This document shows, one piece after another, positions 51,929 to 62,163 of a stretch of DNA of 64,000 nt. The stretch lies in assembly GCA_965153285.1 (NCBI GenBank), contig OZ229116.1. The stretch is one strand, 5' to 3'. The DNA comes from Podarcis tiliguerta (taxonomy: Eukaryota). Made by a program: the position numbers and the translations under genes. How positions within the stretch are numbered: position 1 is the stretch's first letter; each line of letters starts with the position of its first letter. The notes beneath the pieces were generated by a model, which did no database searches, had not been told where the DNA came from, and worked only from the letters and a program-made list of their open reading frames with translations.

Positions 51929-52913
51929 CACGGGTGTCAAACACAAGGCCCGCGGGCCGAATCCGGCCCGCCAGACCTCGTCATGTGGCCCGTGTAGCCA
52001 GCAATTCCTGGTGTCCGTAAGCGCCACCCACCCTTTGCCCGCAAGCACTTTTATCAATGACAAAGGCAGGAACGCTCCTTCCGCGCCTGTCCGGCTCTGC
52101 AAGAGGCAACCCTTTCACGCGCTTGATTTGCAACCCAACCCAGCCGCGCGGTGCCCTTTCGGATTTCTCCCTCTCCTCCTCGCCAAGCCCCGAATCGAGC
52201 CCGCCCTCCGCTGTCAAGGCCTGTCTGGCTTGCAGTACCCATTGCGGCGCTTGCTTCTGGGAAATGTGGACTGCTTCCCGGCTCTCCGCCCTCGCTTTGG
52301 CCTTTGGACGGAGCAAAGCACACGACACCGGCTGCGCCATCGCGGGGTCCGTGCACGTAAGAGCCGCTGCTGCGCACGAGGCTAGGGATCCTTCTCTCTC
52401 CCTCCCTCGGTTCACCTTTGGCCCTGATCAGAGAGGCCTGATCCCGGGCCATCGCTCGCTCTTCCCTCTTGCACGGGTGACTCGCCCCCCGCCGCCGCCT
52501 CCTCCTCCTCTCCTCCCAGAAAGGCAGGCTGGATGCGGGAGGGTCGCTGCACCTTTAAAGTCCTGCACATTTTCTGCAGTGTGTACAAACACTGAGGTCT
52601 AGCCACAAAGTTAGCAAGCCTAGGCCCTTGTTAAGGTGGGCTGGAGGAGGGTTGGCTTGGAAAGCCGCGCGGGTCGCTCTGTGCGCGCCCCCCTCCAAGC
52701 AACCCACGCGCGACGGGTGCTGGCTGAGCAAGGTCGCTGCTGCAAAAAATAAATAAAGAGAGCACGAAAGCAAAACCCGCCCACCAGGGGAAGCTTGGCC
52801 GGAGGAAGCCGAGCAGCGGCGGCGGACACATAGTCCTACAGATACAACCGGCCCTTTGAGGGTGACCAAACTGCTGATGCGGCCCCCCCATGAATTTGAG
52901 TTTGACACCCCTG
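51929..52913. mobile_element. Non-autonomous hAT (Charlie-like) element with GC/CpG-rich interior
   Basis: TIR CACGGGTGTCAAAC / GTTTGACACCCCTG; perfect 8-bp TSD TTCTATGT at 51921 and 52914; GGCCCG subterminal repeats. Confidence 0.93.
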
Positions 52914-53094
52914 TTCTATGTGATTTTTTTTTTAGAAGTACAAATCTTCCAATACAAAATCTTGCAGCAGTAAGTTAAAAGATTTCACTGATTTAAGTTT
53001 ACCAAATTGCTTTCTTCGGCTGGTTAGCTTTGGTCTTGTTATTCTGCATACGTTGTATTTAACAGTCATTAGAAGTGATGGTGGTTGCATACAG

Positions 53095-53498
53095 AACAGC
53101 CCTAAAGACCTTATCTATGTAGAAGCTTTACACGATGGGACACCATATTTAAAAGACTCTTTCCTGCATGCCATTGTTGCCAACCCATTTATGCTTTTAT
53201 ATACCCTTATATATGATGTATTACAGAGGCCAAACTGGCCTCAATGAGAAATCGGGCATTTAGTGTCACCAGTCCCATTCTGTGGAACATTCTTCCAGCA
53301 GAGATTTAGCAGGCACCCTGTTATTATTTTCAGGCATCTCTTGAAGACCTTTTTGTAACTGTTTACATTTTTGATAAGTCAGCTATTTTAATTATCTTTA
53401 TTTTTACAGTTTTTATGGTGTTTTATATTTTATTGTATATATTGTTGTGCACTGCCGTGTTGTATGAACTGGTGGTATATAAATACTTGTATAAATAA
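53095..53498 (+). mobile_element. L2 LINE 3' end (decayed)
   Basis: YVEALH..PYLKD; CGGGCATTTAGTGT...CTGTGGAACATTCTTCC (RAFS..LWN-LP); T-rich UTR and (TAAA) tail. Confidence 0.7.
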
Positions 53499-53502
53499 CA
53501 TA

Positions 53503-53614
53503 TCAGTCTGCTGCAGCAAAAATGCTAGAGTCTTGTGGCACCTTAAAGACTTAATATACCGTACGTTATCGTGGCATGAGCTTTTGTAAACTAGAGCTGA
53601 CTTTGTAATATGCA
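53503..53614 (-). mobile_element. Penelope-like (Neptune-type) terminal repeat fragment
   Basis: GAGTCTTGTGGCACCTTAAAGACT...GTGGCATGAGCTTTTGT..ACTAGAG resembles reptile PLE pLTRs. Confidence 0.65.
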
Positions 53615-55309
53615 GTTGGTAAAGGGGTGTATGTGTGTGCATGTGTGCACAGAGGAAGCAGTTTGGCCAAAAGATCATGAATGCTGGTGGTATCAATGGG
53701 CCTGAAGATAGGGACAAAGTGATCCATTCGCAGCAGCTGTCATTGTGTTGATGCTATGTGTTTAGCTCCACCACACTCGTTTTACATTAGTAGTATGCAA
53801 AACAAAAAAACCCTAACCCAGAGTCCTGATTAAGTCTGAATTGAATTGAATTGAATCCAATCTGCTGATCAAAGTCTAGCCATTTCCTGCTGTAGAAGGT
53901 CACATATATGTTAGCAGGACCTGCACACCAATGCAGTATCTGGCTGAACAAAGAATTGCTGATATGAATCAAAGATTTTCTGTCTTTTTGGAAATCTTGC
54001 TATGGCTGTTGTAGAGTTACCTAGTGCTGGAAGTAACAGAAGTAACAGAAGTCATAGGTGGGAATGGGGAGTATGATGTAGTACTGCGAAAATAGAATAA
54101 AACCAGTGTTCCCAATGGATGTGGTTACAGATTGAAGTGCAAAATATGGTTACCCTCTGTTTCATCTTTTCCAATATTTCTTATTTTTTAAAGATCAGAT
54201 GGAGGGGGGCACAGGGATCTACAAAATTAAAATTGATCAAATTGGAATACGTAGCATTTAGGGAGAGTGGGAATTGATGTTTCCAACATATTCTTTCACT
54301 TAGAGTACACAATTCATTCTGCATGCTTATATCGACGCCCATTATGTTTAACTCCTTTTCCCTTGGTCCCTATACTTGGGTGAGAAGATTATATCAAGAT
54401 TTGCAGGCATTCCATATTTGACGATGGAAGGTTTTGTGATTTCATTTTAAATGCTGCATGGTATTATTCCTCCTAATTGGAATACGTTGCACAAACTAAA
54501 AGACAAGAGTCGGCAGTGTGTCTTAATAAGTTTGAGGGTAAGGTATGCAGTGTACCGTTTTCTTAAACCAATTTGCTCTGTACAGTGATTCTCAGCATGT
54601 AGCTTTTATGAAACCTAACCCAGTAATGTACCAGATGTGGGTCTCTTGGAGATTAATATAGAAAAATGTAAGCCAGAATCCGAACATAGATAGTCCCTCA
54701 CGCCAAGCAGGGCTTAGGGTGTATGTTTCCACAAATCCAAAGCCCTGGTCTCCAAACCAGTTCAAAATTCAAGCGGGACCGGATTGAACACCTGGCGTCA
54801 ACACCTGGTGACCTTGGGCACCTAGAATCCTAGCAAGTTGCACTTCTGCTGCTTGCCATGGCTCCCCTTTAGAAACATTTCCAGCCCCTTGCTGCAAGCT
54901 GTCTCAGGTGGTTAGGTAAGCCATCACTTAAATTTCCACAATGTCCCAAAATACTGGCACACTGTAGGAAAAATAAATGGCAGCAAGATCCAGCCTCCTT
55001 GGCTGGACAGAGCACTGTTATAACCCTGGTGCTCTGCTAGGTTATCCTTCCAGGTACTGTTGTTGGAGAAGCCCACCAGAGCACACGGTGCGCAGGGTTC
55101 TCCAAACTTGGAGTCAGTCCTGAATTTAGAGAGATTCAGAAGTAACTTGGCATGTGGTTAAGGTATAGAGCTCTGCTGTTCAAAGCGGGTGGGGAGCCCC
55201 ACTGTGTAGACTCCAACTCTCCAGTGCAGCTATATCCATCATAGTAATTCAATAATGACTTAAGTCCATTGATTTCAATGGGTCTAGTCTAGTAACAGTC
55301 AGTGTGGAA

Positions 55310-55465
55310 CATTACTGGTGTTAAGGATCTAGTCTGGTGTAATTGACTTTGGAAGCCCACATTCAAATTCTATAAAAATGGAGCCGTGAAGTTCACTAGG
55401 TAGCTTTGGGCAAGGCAGAATCTTTTGGCTAGTCTTATCTCATGGAGTTGTTGTAGAATGGAGTA
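55310..55465 (+). mobile_element. MIR-derived (Squam3-like) SINE remnant
   Basis: TTCAAATTC B-box relic, GCCGTGAAGTTCACTAGGTAGCTTTGGGCAAG, CTCATGGAGTTGTTGTAG. Confidence 0.5.
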
Positions 55466-57379
55466 ATGCAAGGTAAATAGTAAAATATAAACATTACAAA
55501 TAACCAATGGGGGTAGTAGTAATTATTTATTAAAATATGTGAGGCTGGTGAGGGGATGAAACACTAAAAATGCATTCATATGAGGACATCATGGGTTTCT
55601 CCTGCTGAAAGTGAACTTTTTTTAGAATTGTAAGACTGTCACAAATTTTTACTATGAAAAAGGTGTAGTTTGGGGACATGTGCTGCATTTCAAGTGAAAT
55701 GTCAACTGTCAATGAAGGCACAATTGTGATATTTGTCTCACACATACTGTTACAGAATAAATCAGTTGTGGCTGATAACATTTTGACTTGGTAGGGCTGC
55801 AGCTTTTACAACAATAGGACTTATATAGCACTTACTTTGGAAAGGGTGCTATTACACATGTGCAGAGTGCCACACATATATACACACACACTTCTTAGCC
55901 TGTTTATAGATGAAGGCACAAGCATGATTTTCGGACAAGAAAGACTTCATATCTCCTATTTATAAATTCAGCCATACCACATGACAGACACACCCATTCC
56001 CAAAAAACTAAACACACAAAGTCTTATAAATGTATGGAGAACTAGCTACCAGTTACATGCAGTTTTCCTCCCTTCAAAAATCAATTTAACTTTTCATTAT
56101 CCAAAACACTTCTCTCTAAATTAAAAGAAAAAGCGTTCCAACCTATAGACAAAAATAATTGTTTCATTTGTGCCAGGGCTCAGAGCATAGCAAAACATAA
56201 ATGCAATTCATTGCTCAGTCCTAAAAAATGTGAGGTAATAATCTCTGTTCATGCGCAGAGTGCACCACATCAGACTAATCATACTCAGCCTCTATGTGTG
56301 AGATAAGGGAGAATATCTTCCAGGTTTGGGAATGAATGTGGAGTCATATCCAGACAGGCAGACAGCTCAAACTTTTTATTTTAGAAATTCCCTGACAAAA
56401 CTCCCAAAACAGCAAGCATAAGTAGTAGCACCAGCATTTCCCTACATCTCTTTGCATTTAATATATTCTGAACTTGAGCTAGGTAATGCACTTGTTGGAA
56501 GCAGATCCACGAACCTTTTGTAGAAATACTCTGGGAAATACTTTGGAATTGCACATGGCTCATATCAACCTGTCCTGCTGCATCCTGAAAGCAGGGAACC
56601 CTCCTTGTTGATTCTCTGGTTACCTGCGAAGAGATTGGGCCTTGAGGGCTACAGTTCTGAGCTCAGAACCGGTGTATGATTCTGAAAAAGGCTAAGGCTG
56701 CCACATGGGATTATACTTAAAGCAGACCTGTCTCCTCCCTGAACAGTTATAGTGGCTATGCTGAATAGCTTCCTAACAACAGATGGAGTGGGAGCCTTCC
56801 TAGTATGGCTGATTTTCTGGCTGTCAGATCAGTCACATGATTTTTCTGCTCAGAGATACATGGAAAGGACCTCTTTGCCATAGCTGCACTTTTGGATTAG
56901 GATTGGCTGAGTGGTAGAGAGAGATGATTGGCTGGAGAATAGTAGATTAGCAGAAATGTTTGCAGAGCTTCTGAGTTTAGATAAACGTGTAAGATGTGTG
57001 TGGGACAGGAAAGACACTGGATTTGAAAAGTCCCCCCCCCCCCCCAACTGCTTAACATTTTCATTGAGTTGGCTGAGCCCCAGTAGCCCTAGTTGATCAC
57101 CCTCCACTGGAAGAAAGACATTTTTGTATAGTGAGCACAGTAGTGAATGCAAAACTGGGGATTTTTTAAAAATGAAAATTGCCTATCCACATCACCACAT
57201 GCTATGAAGTGTACTTGATTTTAATGCAAGTTGGATCAAATTCTGGTTCTGTTGCTTTTGTTTGTTTGTTTTGTTACATACCTGTGTCTCCAGTTAAGAG
57301 AGTGCCCATTGTCTGTATTCTTAAATCATAGGTAATAACTGATAAAAAGGAACAGTTGTTAAAGATGCAAGTAAAGATA

Positions 57380-58450
57380 CTTGCATGTCTGATATTTCAG
57401 CGCAAGTAGTTAATAGCCAAAAGATGTTTGCACTTAACACTCTGTGTAACTTTCAGATCTATTTCAAGGCTAAATGCTTTTTTTTAAAAAAAACTGCTTT
57501 TCTAAAAGTAATGTGCATTATAGCATTTATTAATATAATAAATCATCATACTTGTCAGTCAAAAGCTAAGGATGCAGGATGTGTACTGACTATTCCAGTG
57601 ATGGAATATAAATCATTCAAGATTAAATTACCCGATAATTTGGAAATTTACTTGCATGCATTTTGCACTTCCATTTGTTTTGATGACTTGCACTTTCCAC
57701 AACCATCCAGGATTTTTATGAACAGTTTTTAAGGCATCTCTCACCTCCTTCCTCTTCATTTTCCAATGGGCAAATTTTCACAGGAAGGAGAGAAGCAACA
57801 TGGATGCCCTGCNNNNNNNNNNNNNNNNNNNNNNNNNNNNNNNNNNNNNNNNNNNNNNNNNNNNNNNNNNNNNNNNNNNNNNNNNNNNNNNNNNNNNNNN
57901 NNNNNNNNNNNNNNNNNNNNNNNNNNNNNNNNNNNNNNNNNNNNNNNNNNNNNNNNNNNNNNNNNNNNNNNNNNNNNNNNNNNNNNNNNNNNNNNNNNNN
58001 NNNNNNNNNNNNNNNNNNNNNNNNNNNNNNNNNNNNNNNNNNNNNNNNNNNNNNNNNNNNNNNNNNNNNNNNNNNNNNNNNNNNNNNNNNNNNNNNNNNN
58101 NNNNCAGCACAGCTTCCCTGTGTCGGCTACGAAACTACTCTGACCACCTAAATCAGGAGAATGAAAGGAGGCTGAATTGGACATTAGTACTGCAAATGAC
58201 TGCCGTGATTGCCACTATTTCCCTCCTTCCCCCTCCCCCAAAAATCAGCAAGCAAACCATGCGAGTTACAGTTAGACTGGTCTTCTCCCGTTTCATTTAT
58301 GTTCTGCCACTTGCTGGTTTTCTGATCTGGTTTGTTTAGGTTTGACATCAGCCAAATGGTGTAGCAGGATATCTCTGACAGATATTCTTACTGATTTAAC
58401 AAGTAGCAGACCTTTGCAAAGATGGCTCTTCTACAGCAAGATTTCATCTT
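57380..58450. promoter_or_regulatory. Candidate conserved non-coding block around N-run 6
   Basis: Unique flanks; TGTCAGTCA 57553, GATTAAATTA, TAAATCA, TGATTTAA; retained CpGs. Confidence 0.5.
57813..58104. other. N-run (292 bp)
   Basis: Ns seen directly; unique flanks. Confidence 0.95.
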
Positions 58451-59854
58451 TCTTAAAAAGCGCACACACACACACACCAAAACCCCCGTCTTTCTTCCCT
58501 TTCATCTCCTTGCCTTCTTTTTATTATTATACTTACTGCGTACTCACTACGGTTGTGAACTCTTGCAGGGGTGGGGATATAGCTACATGTAAGATTGTAT
58601 TACCCAAAGGGCTTCTGTGTCTTCCCCCTTGAACTTTGCTAGCTTTTAAAACAGGAAATTAAAGCAACGAGTTACTATGTCTACAGTTACAGTGGGGCTA
58701 TCTGTATGGTTTTCCTCAGGGACAAATACTCAGAATTGGCCAAATCTCAAAATCTTTATTCTGTTCTCACTCAGTTCTCAGCAGAGTATGATTCCTTTTA
58801 GTCAGTGGGAGTTTGCCAAAGTGAGCACAGTGTTCAAACTGCGTGTGCCAATATTCCTACCAAACATTCATACTAGAAACTGGAGAGGGAATCAAAGTCA
58901 AAGGTAATTGGTTAATAGAGTTTTCACATTCTTTTGAAAATGTTGCATGTTTGGCATTTAGCAGATCTTGATACATTGAGAATGTGTTTGCTTATAGTTT
59001 ACAACCTTTCCTTTTTTGCTCCTACTTAATACTAGTATTCTTGAAAAGATATACTGTACTGTACTTAATATTTCAGCTGTGCAGTGTGCTAAACAGTCAT
59101 TTTTGTGGAGGTGGGAGGACTTGCTCAGCAGCTATGTAGAAATGTAGAATGCAGCTTCTCTAGCTTTCCTTATCCCTTGAACAATATTGTTCTATTGTAA
59201 AACAAATTGTAATTAAAAACCCCCACACACATTTGCATACTTTTAGACCTTTCCTGTGGTCTCAGTGTACAGAAAACCCAGTGACAAACACTTCTGCAAT
59301 AGCTGTAATAATAGTTTTGTTGCTTTTTTTAAACCATTGGACATTTGCAGTATGCTCTCCAATGAACACTGGAACAAAACAAACATTTTAAATGGAGCCA
59401 AAGAACCCACTGTCAGAGGTACCCAAGTAAAATGTAACTTTAAAAATGTGCATATATAAAAAGAGCTGGTAGCTTCAGCCCCATGCCGTGATGCTATCAT
59501 TCCAACCCATCGTTGTGCTCAGCAGCATAGCGAAGGCCACCTTAATATATGGAAAATTCAGAAAGAGGGAGGAAGATGACCCTCTTGCAGTCTACAACTA
59601 TTACTCAAAACCAAATGATTTTTTTGCAATTGAGTCCAGTTGGAGAGAGAATTTGCTCGTTGCTATTCAATGAATTAGCATACATACTTCTCAATAATTT
59701 TTTTTTCCAGAAGTGAGAATCTGCAGCTTTTTTTGGAATAAGCTAGAAAGTTGGTTTGGGAGCTCTGTAGCTCCACCCCGCCTTTATTTTTACTACTATG
59801 GAGTAAAAAAGTAGCCTTGCCATCAAGAAGCTTTGGTTTCATACTTTGCAGTTA

Positions 59855-60020
59855 GTTGAACATACTAAGCTACCTTCATATTGCATGAGATCATTGGGTC
59901 CACCATGCCCTGTATAGTCTACTCTGGTGAGCAGTGGTTCCCTGAGGTCGGAAGCAGAAGTCTTTCCCAATACTGCTGCCTGAGACCCTTATTTAAATCT
60001 GGAGATGATGCAAATGGAGG
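59855..60020 (-). mobile_element. Older copy of the SINE family at 34885
   Basis: GTATAGTCTACTCTGG..GCAGTGG...CTTTCCCA...CTGGAGATG parallels 34900-34980. Confidence 0.5.
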
Positions 60021-61775
60021 CTGAAATCCACCTGCCTGCTGATTTCACTACTTAAGGTGCCCTAGGCATCCCTGGGCCTTGAGTCTTTGTCATCCTGATC
60101 TCTGGTGTTCTCAATAATGCAGCAACCCTTTGCTCGACCAAAGTGTCACCTGTCTAGGTGAGCTGTGCCATCTTCTATCTGAAGTGACAGCCATCTTTGA
60201 GTACCAGCATCTTAACTGACTTCTTTTTCATCATCTCTGTTACAGAAATAACGTTTTTGACAAGATGTTGGGTTTTCTTTCTCCCCCCCCCCACCTCACT
60301 CCCCACTCTTTTCTTTCCTGCAACCTCTTAGAACACTTGATCAAACATATATATTTCTGAAAGACTTTGCTTCCAAATGAAAGCAGCTTGAGAAAAGATG
60401 GAAACAGAAAGGAAGTTAAATGTTGATGGTGGAAGTTAATGAATCAGGTAAAAGGAGAGGACATGGTGTTAAAGAGGATGCTCTTAACAACTTTTCTTCT
60501 TCTCCACATAAAGAATGTATGGCAGTCAGTTGTGATTCTGACATCTGTTCTTCCATGTAATAGTAATTTGTATAACTAATGGAAACAGATTAAATATTTC
60601 CATCCTAATGTTGCCAGCAGGGATAAAAACAAACATTTCAGTGAAATATTCTTGACAGAGGAGGGTATCGGATGGGCGGAATCAACTGCATCTCTCCTTG
60701 ACAATCCAAATACGTAAGGAAAATGGTTGTAGATGGATTGCCTAGGAGAGAAGGGGATGGAAGGGGAAGAGATGGCAAGCTTTCAGATGCCTTTTGCTTT
60801 AAGGGTTAGCATCAGCCCAGTATGCAGAAGAACTACTGATAGTCTTGAAGACCCTTCAGGTCTCTTACAGAGCTTTACATCGAAACAGAAACAACACATG
60901 CATTTTGCCTCCTTTTCTTACTTCTGTAAAAGTGGTGATTCTTTTATTTTATTTTTAACTGCCTCTTACACCTCACTTGTGATCACCTTTTTGTTCTTCA
61001 GTAGTTTTATATGCATGTGTGAAAGAGATTCAGGAAACAGAGGTGGGGGGGGGAAGTATATTAGTACAGAGAGTGAGTCTGGTTATTTTACAGTTCTGAT
61101 TATCTTCTGATAGAAAAGTGGGGTACAAATGTCAGAAACAAATCATAAATATACAATATATGCATGTAAACATAATACAACATACTCATATTTCTTATAA
61201 TCCCTAGAATGATTCATGCTCAATTTTTGTGTACACTAAATATTTAACTGTTACCATTTTATTTACTTTCTGCTTCATACTTTTCTTTGTTGGGACTTTC
61301 TAACTGGATATTATTCTGGAAACTGCTTTGAAATATTCTCTTCCTGAATCCACAAAATTTATCAGTTCATAGTTTGAGGTAGACCATGAAGCACAAAGCA
61401 CTTGAAGTTGAAAAAAATTGGGCTTAAGCCAGTTTATTAACCTCAAGGTCACTGTAGTTGAGCTAACTAAAATGCAAATCTGCTTTAAAGTTTGTTTTAG
61501 ATTCTGCATGAATGGGTTTTCCTGTTTTACAAAAATATATAGATATGCATAAGCATGCTGATACATATTATTATTTAAGCATGTTCTTAACTTGCTTGAC
61601 ATGTGTAGAGTAAGAAAGGGATCAGTTACAACTGAAGGATTTTACACATTTCCTATATGTAGAAACACTCTACCATGAACTTCTCCGCACAAGGCATATT
61701 AAAATGAATGAGACTAGAGGGACATGCGGGGCACATGACATACTGTGTGTGTTTTCAGTTTCCAACCAGAATTAA

Positions 61776-62163
61776 GGGAACTACCCTATGCACAAGAAGC
61801 TGGCTTAAAGCATGCTAATGTAAAGTTATACCAGATTCAAACCCTGTTTAGCTGCAGGACTGCTGCTGTGCCCAAGTCTGGCAGAGGGAAAGTCAGCCTT
61901 TAGAATAGTGTTCTATCCTGGCTTGCCAGGTAATGTGACTGAGCTGAATGGGCTTAAACCCTAACCTCTGTGGTCTCCCTCCCACTATGCCCCCCAGTGC
62001 CCCTTTTGGGGGAACTTACACTAGCTTTCGCTGAGCTGGTTGTGCTGGGATGAGAAGTTACACTGGAGTATCTTCAGCAGAGCTAGGGTTGGAGACTTAA
62101 TGCCGGCTGAGCCAGAGAGCCTAAGCTGTACATCCCAGCAGACCCTGCCATAGGATTGCACCC
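61776..62163. mobile_element. Longer PIF/Harbinger-like non-autonomous element
   Basis: GGGAACTACCCTATG / CATAGGATTGCACCC TIR (11/15); TAA TSD at 61773 and 62164. Confidence 0.6.

Noticed and set aside
51981-52908. Overlapping 64-181 aa ORFs and an apparent CpG-island gene promoter
   Set aside because: All lie within the TIR/TSD-bounded hAT element; ORFs in several frames are expected at high GC; no domain recognised.
1009-58104. N-runs as masked coding exons
   Set aside because: The borders lack AG/GT splice signals and polypyrimidine tracts on either strand.
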